The position numbers and the translations under genes are program-made. Below, piece after piece: positions 11,451 through 23,702 of a stretch of 64,000 nt of DNA. Position 1 is the first letter of the stretch. Each line of letters opens with the position of its first letter. The notes beneath the pieces were generated by a model. That model was not told the origin of the DNA, made no database searches, and worked only from the letters and a program-made list of their open reading frames with translations. The stretch comes from Peribolospora baueri (taxonomy: Eukaryota), in the NCBI GenBank assembly GCA_029717555.1, contig JAMDHS010000076.1, forward strand, positions 1 to 64,000, read 5' to 3'.

Positions 11451-11530
11451 TTCAAATGATGAGCTACACCTATATCTATCAATCAATCTGTCAATCTTCT
11501 GTTCTCGCGACCACATGGTCTGCTGAGAGC
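11451..11530 (+). ncRNA. Intronic box C/D snoRNA, SNORD110-like (18S, human Um1288-equivalent site)
   Basis: Follows donor GTGAGC at 11421. Box C ATGATGA at 11456-11462; 14-nt guide TCAATCTGTCAATC at 11483-11496 is complementary to 18S GAUUGACAGAUUGA; D'-like CTGT at 11499; box D CTGA at 11523-11526; flanking stem CAGCTC/GAGCTG. Confidence 0.82.
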
Positions 11531-11659
11531 TGACGAGATCGGTCTTTCTGATTCCTTACGTGGAGGAATTTTTTTTGTTTCGGACAACAATCTCTCGGAC
11601 TTACCGTGTGCTTTTCCTCATTCCATCCCACTCAGCTTGAGGGCAGCCGTTTTTACATC

Positions 11660-12067
11660 ATGACGAACGCTCCAAACCGGTTCGAGCTCTTCATTCTTGG
11701 ACCCGGCGAAAAGGCGCTGGAAATCCATGAAGACACTAAAATCCCGAACGCGGCGTCAATCATTCTCAACAAAGAGGATCACACACTCGGCAACATGATC
11801 CGTGCCCAGCTCCTCTCCGACCCGGCGGTCATTTTCGCAGGCTACAAGGTGCCTCACCCGCTGGAGACCAAGGTCCTGCTCAAGATTCAGACCAACGGCA
11901 GCATTACCCCGGTCCAGGCGCTCGAGCAGGCTTGCAAGTCCATTATCGGCACTATCCAGCGACTGAAGGAGAAATTCAAGCAAGAGTTCCAGATCGCCGG
12001 GGCGGATCAAGCCGTGGACGAAGATAGGCGTTTCCTCGAGGGCGATGCGCAGATGGCCGAATTCTGA
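11660..12067 (+). CDS. RPB11: RNA polymerase II subunit Rpb11 (CDS without introns)
   Basis: MTNAPNRFELF...NKEDHTLGNMIRAQLL...FAGYKVPHPLE in one open frame. Confidence 0.97.
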   Translation: MTNAPNRFELFILGPGEKALEIHEDTKIPNAASIILNKEDHTLGNMIRAQLLSDPAVIFAGYKVPHPLETKVLLKIQTNGSITPVQALEQACKSIIGTIQRLKEKFKQEFQIAGADQAVDEDRRFLEGDAQMAEF

Positions 12068-12098
12068 CGTGGTGAGTGGTGATGCGCCGTAACACACC

Positions 12099-12257
12099 GC
12101 CTCGGTGATGACATTATCAACGTGGAGTGGGGGAGTCTTCTTTGTCTCCAGTCTGGCTCGGCCGTTCGTCACGTCGTCTCGTTTTGAGGCCGACGAACGT
12201 CCGGGTCTGGACGTTCCCACGGAGAAAGATTTTATGTCATTAGTTACTCTGAGAGGC
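12099..12257 (+). ncRNA. snR63: Box C/D snoRNA snR63/SNORD46-like (LSU H69, yeast Am2256-equivalent) in the RPB11 3'-UTR intron
   Basis: Intron 12072-12347. Terminal stem GCCTC/GAGGC; box C GTGATGA at 12105; box D CTGA at 12249. Guide GTCA(T)TAGTTACT pairs with LSU AGUAACUAUGAC, and the D+5 position falls on the second A of GUAAC. Internal hairpins include GAACGTCC/GGACGTTC. Confidence 0.88.
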
Positions 12258-12634
12258 TGGTCTTCCTCGGCAATTCGCGAAGGGTGTGCCGACGCTGATC
12301 GACCGTGTTGCCTTCGTGTCATCCGATCTTTCGTATCATTGTACTAGGAAGTCGCCCCGATGGGCCGCGACGCCCCTCTGCCTCAGTTGTTATCACCTCA
12401 TTCCCCACGTCTCCATGTCCACATGTCCCCTTGTACTGTTTCCTCCTTCACGTGTACACTAGAACAATACCGTTGCACATCCCTTACCAAAGCCTGAGAT
12501 GGGCATATAAGCGCTAGGTCCGGTTTTGCCGATCAACTCCGAAGAAAAGATCCGAGTATGCTCACATGATGAGCAGGGCGCGCCTCGCGAAATAATAACC
12601 CATAGTGGGGATACGTCCCGGTGATTGTAAGACG

Positions 12635-14971
12635 ATGTTTCCTACAGCCTTGAGGTCCTCTCTTCAAAGTGCTACCACCCTTTCCCGCTCCCACCATCGC
12701 TTGTCTTCTCCCACTCTCCCGTCATCCTTACTTCGCGCCATGTCCAACAACGCCAACTCCAAACCGGATGCTGTCCTGCTCGGCATCCAGCCTGACGGCA
12801 CTCCCCTCGCCGCCTCGGCCTCCGCCACCTCCGGACCGGACATCAAGCCCCTTTGGGCTGGTGCCCGCACAAAGTCGAAGGCCGGCGAGACTCGCGTCTT
12901 TTACCCTTCTTCCGCTTCCGAACCCATTCTCGCCGGCTCGGCTCTCGGCAAGGTCGCGTTGAGCAAGTCGGCCAAGACCGAAGCGGAGAGGAACGTCAAG
13001 CTCGAAAAGACTCGTAGGGCGGCCGCCCTTGGCGTCAAGGCGCTCAGAGACGCTGGAGCGAAGAGCATCTCCGTAGACGGCATGTGGAGCGCTCACGCTG
13101 CTGCCGCCGGCGCTGAACTCGGGTAAGCCAACGTCCCTCGCAAGTTGTCCTGAATGTTCGCCGGGCAAGTAGCCAGATCGCACTTCTTCTGACGTACTGG
13201 ATCATTTTGATCTCTGGCTTTGGTCAACAAAAGCTTGTACAAGTACGACCTCCTCAAGACGGACCCCGCCTTAGTCGAGAGCAGGGAGAACAAGCCCGCG
13301 ATCTCCTACCTCCCCGCCTCTGGCGACAAGGATGTTGACCCGGTCCAGGGCGGCCTGCCCTTGGACTGGAACACCGGTCTCGTTTACGCTCAGAGCCAAA
13401 ACCTGGCTCGAGAGCTCATGGAGATGCCCGCAAACTTGTGCACGCCGACGTGTGAGCATGCAATCGAGGTTTTTGTGTGCTATTGGGGGAAGACTGACGG
13501 TTTGGATTCCAATCGCCCTCCTCATTTCCCACTTTCTGTCACTAGCGTTCTGCGAGCGAGTCAAGAAAGAGTTTGAGGGCATTGCTAATGTGGAGGTCAT
13601 TGTTCGAGACGAGGGTGAGGTTCAATGTTTCTACACTTGCGTCTTCCTCTGTTTCTCTCGGCTTGTGGACACCCTCCGTTGACACGTTCCACCAATTCCA
13701 CTTCTATAATCTCGAAAGCCTGGGCCAAAGAGAAGGGTATGCGCACCTTCCTCTCCGTCGCCGCCGGCACGGACGAGCCGGCCAAGTTCCTGGAGATTCA
13801 TTACAAGGGAGCGCCTCAGAAGGATGCTCAGCCGCTCGCGTTCGTCGGAAAGGGCATCACCTTCGACTCCGGTGAGCGTCGTTGTGAGCACTCGTAGATA
13901 TGCAAGGGTAGCCCTCTCACGAGTTCAGACGTCATCTTATATACTCAGGTGGAATCTCTATTAAGCCGGGTCGCGGCATGAAGGTGAGAAGAAGCATACC
14001 GGATGCTTCCCCTGGGCGGGTGGGCGAGGCTAGAGAGTTGCGCTCGAGTAAACTCACAACCCGCCATGTTTTCTCTCGTCTTCCCCATAGCTCATGCGAG
14101 GCGACATGGGTGGTGCTGCGACCGTCGTCTCCGCCACGCTGGCCATCGCCAAGCTCGGCCTGCCGATCAACGTGATCACTGTCACTCCTCTCACTGAGAA
14201 CCTCCCGAGTGGCAAGGCAACCAAGCCGGGCGACGTCATTGTGGCCATGAACGGCAAGACGATAGAGGTGGACAACACCGACGCTGAGGGTCGTCTTGTC
14301 CTCTCCGACGCTATTTGGTATGCCAGCACCACGTTCAAGCCGCATACGCTCATCGACACGGCTACGTTGAGTGAGTTTCTTTCGGACGCGGAGAGGGCAA
14401 TGCGAAATGTTTTCCCGAGACGATGACCTAAATCAATGAATTGACATTTTCGCAGCTGGCGCTTGTGTCATCGCCCTCGGCGAGATCTACACCGGCCTCT
14501 TTACCACGGACGACAGCCTTTGGGAAGAGTTGAACGAGGCCGGCGAAGCCGAGGCCGATCCGATGTGGCGCATGCCTCTGAGTGACGAGTACTCTTTCCA
14601 GGTGACGTCTCGCCGATTTCTCTCTGCCTCCGCGTCATCGATTGGCAAATCGGCTGATTCACTGAATCTTTCCACCTCGCCTTTCTGGTCGCGCGTCTCA
14701 GATCTCGGGCTCGAACGCCGACCTGTGCAACACGGGCGGCAGCCCCGCCGGCTCCTGTACGGCCGCGCTCTTCCTCAAGTCCTTCGTCTCCGGCCTCGAG
14801 GACGTCGACAAGGGCGAGCCCGCCACCATACGCTGGGCTCACGCCGACATCGCCGGGGTGATGGATGCCACCAAGCCCGGCGCCTACCAGAACAAGGGTA
14901 TGACGGGCCGGCCCGTCAGGCCGTTCGTCGAGTTTGCCAGGAGGCTCGCCGCCAAGCAGGGTAGCGCCTAA
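12635..14971 (+). CDS. M17 leucine aminopeptidase (LAP3-like)
   Basis: Spliced motifs QNLARELMEMPAN, VGKGITFDSGGISIKP, MRGDMGGAA, EVDNTDAEGRLVLSD, WAHADIAGV, GMTGRPVR. Confidence 0.95.
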
Positions 14972-15133
14972 CGTGAGGGGCCCTGGAATCTTCATCGCGA
15001 AGTGAACAGAGGAAAGTCATGGTGACATTGAGGTTCACATGGGAAAGCCCCGTGTTTGCTTGGAGTTTTACAAATCATGTTTGAAGAAATGGAGTCATAA
15101 ACGCGATGACGTCGGTCGACCCTTGTCGCCTTC

Positions 15134-15450
15134 TCACCAGCCCCTCTTCTTCCTTGGTGCTTTCTTTGGGGCGTCCCCCTAGAGTGGGTCGGTGAAGAAG
15201 CTCTTCAGAGTCCTATAGTCCTTCTTTTGATCCCACATGCGAGCAAGGGACGAGAATTGCCTACTCACGTGAGAGGGGGCCTCTCCCCGTTGAAATCATC
15301 GTCTGCGATGGCCTTGAAATCAGGCTTTGCAGTCTTGATGACGGCGTTGAGGATCTTCAGCCTCTCCTCGTCCGTCCACGCGACCTCGGCTTTACCCGCG
15401 TCCCGTTCCTACGCCGCCGCCGCTGGCCGGGCCTCTGTTATTCTTAGCAT
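15134..15450 (-). pseudogene. Second Myb/SANT-like gene, probably degenerate
   Basis: Reads *ERDAGKAEVAWTDEERLKILNAVIKTAKPDFKAIADDDFNGERPPLT then donor GTGAGT at 15268. A downstream frame reads MWDQKKDYRTLKSFFTDPL*GDAPKKAPRKKRGW*. In-frame TAGs at 15411 and 15181 could alternatively be splice acceptors. Confidence 0.5.
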
Positions 15451-15737
15451 GAAAGAATGTGGAGACGAAGAGGGATAACGGAGGGAGTGACGACGACCGA
15501 GGGCGCAGCCAGTGGGATAAGACGGACCACTCGACGGACCACTCTCCGAGTTCCCCGGCATTCCGCCCATCCGCCACGCTTCGCTGTCCATGGCAGCTCC
15601 GGCTCGACGGCGGTTCGTTCCCCCAGCAGCGTGTAGCAGGCCAGGATCGCACACACAATCCTACAGTCATCGTTTTACTCTCGAGAGGTACGACTGTCGC
15701 CTATACTGCCTCCCCTTGCACCCGATCCAATATTATC

Positions 15738-18008
15738 TCACATCAGCGTCGTCCTCAACAACCGCTCAAATCTTCGCGGGTTGCCCGCCGCCTCCACGAA
15801 CTTCTGAAGGAAGAGCTCGTCGGATGGGTCTGGAAACAATAGAATGGCATGCGCACTAAAGTCAATGTCGGCGACTCTCGACCCCCCCTTCGGCGTCACC
15901 CGGGCACACTCTCTACGCACCAACATGCATCATCCGATTGTTCCTCCAAACCTCAAACGCGCTAGCCGCTTCATCGACACTGAAACCCTTGCCAAGGTCA
16001 ACAACCTTGAAACCCGACCTGGCGTTCTCCAAATGGATCGGCTGGAGGCGGGTGTAAGGTGTGAGCAGAGGGAGCGAGGGGGAAGGAGGTGTGGCGCCGG
16101 AGGTGAGGGATGTCGTGGAATGGTCGACCAGAGTAGAGAGGCCTAGCCCGGACAGGAGCTCCGGTGGGGGCAGGTATGAGGTGTTCTCCGTTGAGAGCGA
16201 ACCAATGACGGCGCCACGAGCCTGGTCGTGTAGGATGGGACGAAATAAGCGGTCGTCAGCAGGGGCTGGCAGCGCGCAGACGCGTCAAGAAATCTTCGGC
16301 TCCGGCAGGTAGACTGACAAAAAACTTCCGCCCCGTGGCGTACTCCAACGCAGTCCTGGGAACGGAGAGGTGGTAGCTCTCCAGTGGCTTGAAGTCTGGA
16401 TCGCGGTACTTGGACGTGCGGAAGAGGCACTGGAAGTCGTCCATAGCCCAGAGCACTGGGCGGCTGTAGGAGATGAGGAAAACAGGAAGAGTACTGTCTA
16501 AGTCTGTGGCTGGAAAGTGAAGATGTGTCGAGAAAGACATGGCCATCTACTCACATCGTCTGCCTTGCCAAGATGTCCAGTGCCTTGTCCAGTGCCTGCT
16601 GCCTGGTTGCCTCGATCGCTGCCCCACTCTCACCCCACGAAGCAGTTCCGCGCTTCACCAAGTCCAGTAGGGACTTTCCAGCTTGCACGCTCCCGGCGGC
16701 GCCCAGATCAACATCGAACTTAAGCGGAATCTCAGAAAGGGCTTTCTCGTTGACAGAGAGCAGAGTGGAGAGTAGCTGGGAGGCCAGGGGGTTCTGGGCA
16801 TACGTGCGCAGAGCGGGAGAGTAGGTGTACGGCGTGGAGGAGGAGATCCAATCGATCACTGCCGAAAAGAAAAGGGAATAAGGGTGCTTCATCAATTGAT
16901 GGTACACTGACAAGGCGAGCGAACAGGCCAATATGTGCGCGTATCGGCACGCTTACAGCTCGGCGAGTATAGGACGATCCAGCTCCTGTCGAGCGCGTAG
17001 CTGACCAGCTGCATCATCAGCAAGCTTTTTCCAACTCCGGATGCCCCGACTACAGGGAAGTCAAGAAAGTGATACAGATCAACCTCAGTGGTTAGTTGAT
17101 TAGAAAAAGAAAAATGAATGTAGAACATACCGAGAATATCGCGAGAGTTCCTGCTCGACGCTGTCGCCGCCTTATCCAGTCGGTCCACCGCCGAAAGGGT
17201 GACTTCTCGGAACACGGAAACGGGTGTTTGCTGGAAAGCATACTATAAAAGACACAACAAGAGAAGAACGCTCCAGGCATAAGCGCAAGCGCGAGCGTCT
17301 GCATTCCACGCGCTCCTACCGAACACTTACATGGTCCTGCACGTTCTTGGGAAGACCAAACGTCTTGAAAGCCTTGATCGCTCGATGAGGGAAGACCATA
17401 GCCTTTCCAACGTTGGCAGACGTCAGGTGCTCGGGGTGGAGGACGGTCAGGTAGTTCAAATCCGGGTCCTCGGCAAAGAACTCTGGGTTGTTTCGGCCCA
17501 CGTTGCCTGATCCACCACCCTGAGGGAGTGAGCAAGCAGGAATAGGGAAGCAGAAGGTGGCAGAAGAGCATCAGTAAATCAAGAGGCGGATAACAGCGTG
17601 TACAAGTGCACGACGGAAACCCGACTGCTTACATCTTTCCGACCTTTACCTGCGAACTTGCCTCCGGCCTTGCGACCCTTTTTAGAGAAGGCCGAGGTGC
17701 GCTTCTTCGGGGCTGCACAATACAGTAGAAGTCGTGACATAAGCGTTAACCTGCGATCCAAGAACGCAAAGGCCTCCACGTCCGCCTGTCGAGCCAGGTA
17801 GCTGAAAACATCGTCAAGGTCGATCCGTATCGCACTCACCGGCGTCGGCACCTTTCTTCGGAGCTTGTAGCGGCTGAGAAGCAGATACAAAACTTCTTGT
17901 CGTCGCCGCTTGTGTCTGCGCCACGCGGGCCGCCGAAGCAGGCACGCCTGCCGTGCTGATGCAGGCGGAGGTGCGCAGAATCCTTTGTGCTGCTGTCCTG
18001 AACGACAT
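15738..18008 (-). CDS. RSM23: Mitochondrial ribosomal protein mS29 (DAP3)
   Basis: Arg/Ser/Ala-rich presequence; P-loop [18 protein letters not shown]...[31 protein letters not shown]-terminal [18 protein letters not shown]. Confidence 0.9.
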
Positions 18009-18291
18009 CTATGGTCCTAGTATGAACTCGCTGGGACGGCTAGGCTAGTGAGGACCATAAAGAAGAAGCGCGAGCGCTGCCGCAGCTGTCTGGTTCCCAC
18101 GTCGGCCGCAGTTGCCTGCCGATCACCGCCCAGCTGGCTCGAGGTCCACGCCGATGGTTTGCTTCACTATCACCGTCTCCATTACTTTGCTCATCATCAC
18201 TTAGCTTGCGCTCAAGACGGAGTAGACTGCTAGTCCTCTGTCCGTCTTCTCTCGTTGCACCACACGCCATCTCCCCAGCCACATTGTAGAC

Positions 18292-19958
18292 ATGGCCTTT
18301 CAGGTCCACCAGCTCTCGCTCAGTCCCATCACCGCGCACGCCTTCAATGCCGACAGGACCAGTAGGTGTAGACTCGCCCTCGATGCACACAGTCTGCTCT
18401 TCCTCTTGATACATTAAAATGAAACTGAAAACGCCTTTTGTCTGATCGTTATTGTTGCTTTTATGTTTACGCTTGTAGAGGTTGCTGTGAGCTCGAACAC
18501 CAACGAAGTGCAGCTTTATGCCGCATCGCCTAATGGTTGGTTCCTCGAAGATACCCTTCGGGAGGTGAGTATGCATGCCTTTTCGCCGCGTGCGGCCTTC
18601 TTCGCGGGTGCCTTTTGTCGTTGTGCCTTTTGAGTTGTTTAATTGACGGTGAGCCGCGGGCTCTTCTCGACAGCATGACAAGCTGGTGACTTCGATCGAT
18701 TGGGCGGCCAAGACGAACAGGATCGTCACCTGCTCGCAGGACCGCAATGCCTACGTCTGGACTCTCACTCCCGATGCTGCTACTGGCAAGGAGGTGTGGA
18801 AGCCCACGCTCGTGCTCCTCCGCATCAACCGTGCTGCCACCTTCGTCAGGTGGAGCCCTTCTGAGGACAAGTTCGCTGTCGCTAGCGGCGCTAGGTGAGC
18901 GACAGGGATCACATTTGTACGTGCTCGTTTGCTAGCGTCGCTGATCGAATGCCTTTTCTTTGGCCACGCTTCTCTTTTTCCGTCTAGGACGGTGGCGATC
19001 TGTTCGTTCGAAGAAGACAACGACTGGTGGGTGGCCAAGCACATCAAGCGTCCCATTCGCTCCACGGTGCTCTCCCTCGACTGGCACCCCAACAATGTCC
19101 TCATCGCAACCGGGTGCGCAGACATGAAGGCCCGGGTGTTCTCGGCCTTTATAAAGGGAGTGGACAAGAAGCCGGCGGCGAGCGTGTGGGGAGAGAAGCT
19201 TCCTTTCAACACCGTCTGCGGGGAGTTCGCGAGCCCCAGCGGCGGATGGGTCCACGGTGTCGCGTTCAGTCCCAGCGGTGACGCTCTGGCTTTCACGAGT
19301 GCGTCGTCGCTCTTTCCTTCCCTTTCTAGCCCACCTCGCTGAATTCAGACGGCTGACGTTTCGCTGGTTGGCTTGTCCTTCACCGTTTCCAGGCCACGAC
19401 TCTACGCTTACCATTGTGTACCCCTCCGGTCCCGAGACAGCTCCGCATGCGGTGTACAGCATTCGTTCGCAAACGCTCCCCTACGTGGCGCTCGCTTTCG
19501 TGACGGAGAACAGTCTGGTCGCCGCGGGACACGACTGCCAGCCGGTACTCTTTGAGGGCGACATCTCGTCCGGCTGGAAGGCCGTTCGGTCTCTCGACGG
19601 CCCCTCTGGCGCCGCGGCTGCGGCCGCTGCTAAGCCGCCTCCTCCGCCTGTGCCGGGTAAGCCGGCTGGGATCGGACGGCTCGGCAACAACGAGGCGTTC
19701 AACCGGTTCAGGAGCGCGGACGCGCGCGCCTCTTCTCCCACCCCTGGCAGCCCGACGAGCTCTGCTCCAGCCGCCGTTGTTGCCGAGGGAGGCGAGCTGG
19801 CTACGACGCACCAGAACACAATCACGAGCGTGAGGCCGTACGCCGGGGAGCAGGGCGCGGTGACCAGCGTGAGCACGTCTGGTGTCGACGGACGCCTGTG
19901 CGTCTTTGAGGTCCGCGGCGGCGGTCTTGCGGGCAGGATGGCCGGGCTGAGGGTCTGA
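18292..19958 (+). CDS. ARC40: Arp2/3 complex subunit ARPC1/Arc40 (WD40)
   Basis: [66 protein letters not shown]. Confidence 0.96.
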
Positions 19959-20901
19959 TGGGCCGATTGGCTGCCGAACGAGATGAGATCGACGGTGGGA
20001 CATGTGTATCCATCTGTCTGTCTGTCTGTCTATTGTCTGGTGTGATCGAAAAGGTCTCGACTGAATCTGATGCTCGTGGACGCGAGCGCTGACATTAGGG
20101 AAACCGGCAATTCGTAGCATCCTGTCCGTCGCTCACCACCGTATGCAGGCGCCTACGCCCTGTGGAACCGATGCGTAACTACGGCGCGACGAAGAAAACT
20201 CCTCCGCTGCGCTCTCTGTTCGTGAAGCGGAGAAGTGGCGGCGTCATTTGCCCCTAGCTTGGTGCCTGCCGTTCGTTCGTCGCTCCGGGTTCGTGCCTTG
20301 CTTTGCTTTGCCTCGCCGGTCGGTCGGGCGTTCGCCGTTGTCATCGCCGTTGCCATCGCCGTCACCCTGCGTGCGCTCCACCAATTCGATCCCGCTCGTT
20401 CTGCGTTAAGCGAGCAATTCGATCCGCTCCACCCGCCATGACCATCAGGGCCAAGGCGAACGAACCCACGCAGCTGTCATCCGCCCGCGCACTACTGGAT
20501 GTACTTACCTCCTCTCCTTCCTCCCCTCCTCAGGCCTGGCGTCAGCTGACGCGCCGAACCATCGTTCCTCTAACCTAATTGCATCGTGCATACCTACGTG
20601 GCGGTTACCACTCCACGGCTATCAGCGAAACGAACGCCGATTGCCGCCCCCTACGCCGTCTTTATCTTCCTCCTCCCTTCGCCTTGCCGCCGGACTGCCC
20701 TCGCGCGCCCAGGTGGGTGGGGATGGAGTCGTCGGATCCAGAAGTAGCTAGGTACAGCAGCCACTCACTCCGCTTCCGCTTCCATTTGGCCTCCGATGCG
20801 GCAACGAACCGACGCTGGAGTTGCTCCATACATGTGCAAGATGCAAGGAGCAGAGCTCCTCGACGGGAGCCAGGGAGGAGGAGCAAGAGCGGGAGCATGA
20901 G

Positions 20902-20953
20902 CAAGTGCAAGTGCAAGTGCAAGTGCAAGTGCAAGTGCAAGTGCAAGTGCAAG
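20902..20953. repeat. (CAAGTG)8 hexanucleotide microsatellite
   Basis: Eight perfect units plus CAAG, intergenic. Confidence 0.95.
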
Positions 20954-21221
20954 ATCAAGAGCAGAGCAAGCCTTACCTAGCAAGCCGCCGTCGTCGTCCG
21001 CTCGTCCCTCGACGCCACCTTCAGGGCGGGCACGAGCTCCTCGCAAGGCGCACCGTTTGTTAGTTCGCACTCCCTGTCTAGCGTCTGCGGGGCCACGAAC
21101 ACCAGGCCAGCGTCCAGGCGGCGTGAGAGAGAGAGAGAGAAAGAGTGATCATGGATATCTACACGCCGTTGCTCGGCACCTCGCCGCCCTCCTTCCTTCT
21201 CCAACTCCCTGTCCTTCAGTT

Positions 21222-23371
21222 ATGGTGGACTGGTACTCCCCGGTGAGTCCTCCCTTTTGACCTTTACGGGAAAGGGCGTGTAGACCTGACGTGGCGACGT
21301 GCCTTGCCTCTCCCCTCCCCCCGGTCTGCGCCGCCCGTCTCGCCGCCCTCAGGCCGAGCTTCTCGTCGACATCCGCGTCGCGAGGGCCATCCTCTTCTGC
21401 GAAATCGGATTATGGGCATGGGAAGTGAGTCTGTCCGTCGACTTCACCGCCGCCGTGTCTCGCCCTCGTGCCGCCCCCCGCTCGTCTGTTCCCCTTGGCC
21501 TGACCGCCGTGCCTCCTTCCCGCTGTTGGTCGGACTCCAGTACATCATCACCTTCCACTGGGAGTGGAATCTCCTTCAGGGAAAGCTCGCCGTCGGCACA
21601 CGATGGGTGAGTGAACGAAGGAGCGAAACGATGGTCGTGGCCTTTCGCTCGCTGGCTTGCCCCGTCTAAGAAGGACCGACCGCGCAAGAGGGAGAGCTTG
21701 ATCGGTTTGTCCGTCGCATCTTCGTATTGTGCCAGCCTACGCTCTTGATGATGACGAGCCGGTATAGCCTTCCGGTCGTCCTCATCCTACAGTGAGTTCG
21801 TGTCTTTGGCTCAAGCGTCTTGTGCAGCATGACATTGGAGGCCGACGTGTCATCCATCCCTCGTACCTCGCTTCTCTCAGAACCGTCCTCCTCGAATACG
21901 TTCGGCCCATGAACTGTCAGGCTGTTCTCACTGCCTTGCGTGCGTCTCCAGGATTCACATACTGCAGATGAATGGCGAGGTGACCATATCAGCACTGACA
22001 CGGCCCCGCCCCCCTTGTTTTCCGTGCCCGTCCACCGTGCTTGCGCCCGCTCCCACAAAGTCGTCTTCGGCGCCCTGTGCATCTCAGCCTCCTCTTCCAT
22101 TTTCGCCCTCCGCTGCGTCGCCCTCTGGGATTACTCGCCGCTCGTCGTCTGGGGTCTGGGCATCGCCTGGATCGTCCAGACGGCTCTCTGGTTCGCTGTG
22201 AGTGCTTTGCTTTGCGCTATTGCCCATGTCAATCTCACGGAACGCTGAGCTGAGCGCCCGACGAATATCTGTCCTCGTCGTCGACTCGCTGATATCACTC
22301 GCAGGGGTCCGCAGAAATTGGTGCGTCATACCTAATGGTCCCTGGCTACGGCGGAGGCTGCCACATCACCCAAATACACAAGTACGTCGCCGTCGAGTAT
22401 GCCTACGTGAGTTCGCCGTCATCCCATGGCTCTCGTTCATAGCCGCCCAGATCCATGGTGCATCCAATCCAGTGCCTCACCTTGCCGGCCCATCTCCATC
22501 CGTGCGACCTCCCTACATAAACACCAGGCCGAAGTGTTCGAAGTCGCCGTCTTCGTCCTGAGCATGCACAAGATTTTCAAGGAGGGAAGGCGCTCCAATG
22601 TCGGGAGGCTCCTCATGGCGGAGGGGTTCATCTACTTTGGCCTCGCCGTCTTGACCCATACCATGGTCTTGGCCTGGGTCCTTCTCGCCTTCAACCCCGT
22701 GAGTCTCCGTTGCACCTCGCCTCGTGTCATTCCGGTGGGTGGGCCGTCTGTCTGACTCTTCACTCGGTGCTCGATGCGCGGCCTGTGGACGTTGCGCCTG
22801 GAGCAGATGACTCAATCCTTCCTCATGTCGGTCAACGTGCTGTCCATCGCCGTCTCCTCCAATCGGTGAGAGTCGAGGCGACGGGCGGACAGCGCTCATG
22901 CTCGCTCGCTCATCACATCACGGCTTGGTCGCGCTTTTGAACCCTTTCCGCACCCTTTCCCCGCCTTCTCCCCGTTCCCGCCCTCAGAGCTTACATGTCT
23001 CTGGCCTACGCCTGCAATGAGGGCAGACCTCGACCGGTCGGCGTCCTCATGACAGAGTACCACCCCGAAGCGCCGAGCGTCCACTCCGACGAGGACATGG
23101 GTATCCACATCTTTGAGGAGCGAGTGGTCAAAATGTGAGCGCGCGCGAGTGCACGCGTGTCCCTGCCTGGCAGGAGAGAAACGTCCGACTAATCAGAGAT
23201 GTGCTCTCCTCCGTCGTTCCGACCCCATCCCTCCCTCCCTCGCCCCCGCGGTTCATTCAGCGTGACACTCGAACCGTCCACGCCAAGGACGTCACGCCGC
23301 CGACCCCGATCCCGCTTGTCATCCTTGCGCTTCCACTCCGGCGGCGAAGACGGCATGGCCATCGAGCCTAA
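21222..23371 (+). CDS. Multi-pass membrane protein, DUF6533/fungal GPCR-like
   Basis: Many short exons: MVDWYSP|AELLVDIRVARAILFCEIGLWAWE|YIITFHWEWNLL...SRYSLP...IFALRCVALW...LLMAEGFIYF...LAFNP. About 7 hydrophobic segments. The 3' end is uncertain (23371 or 23477). Confidence 0.7.
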
Positions 23372-23702
23372 GAGGGAAGAGGGTAGCAGCAGCAACCCTC
23401 CCTCGACAACTCATCTTCCCTATCCTTCCTTACCCGTAGTCGCCAGGCGAAGCGGGCGACCGACACCACCCGCGTAGGGAGGGCCAAGGGGCTGTCCGGG
23501 GGATGGGGATATGAGGACGGCGTGGGTGGCCGAGACGTATCGTCTCTTGGGCTCCCGTGCTCTCTTTCGTCTTCTCCCTCTCTTTCTCCCTCTCTTTCTC
23601 CCTCTCTTTCCCTTCCGTTCTCTAAACCCCCCCGCGAATCCCGGAGGTTCGCTCCGAGTCGATTAATACCTTTTACGGACACGACACGAGATACCCCTCG
23701 CT

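Noticed and set aside
20821..21063. ORFs with QV/KC/HL dipeptide repeats
   Set aside because: These are translations of the (CAAGTG)n microsatellite.
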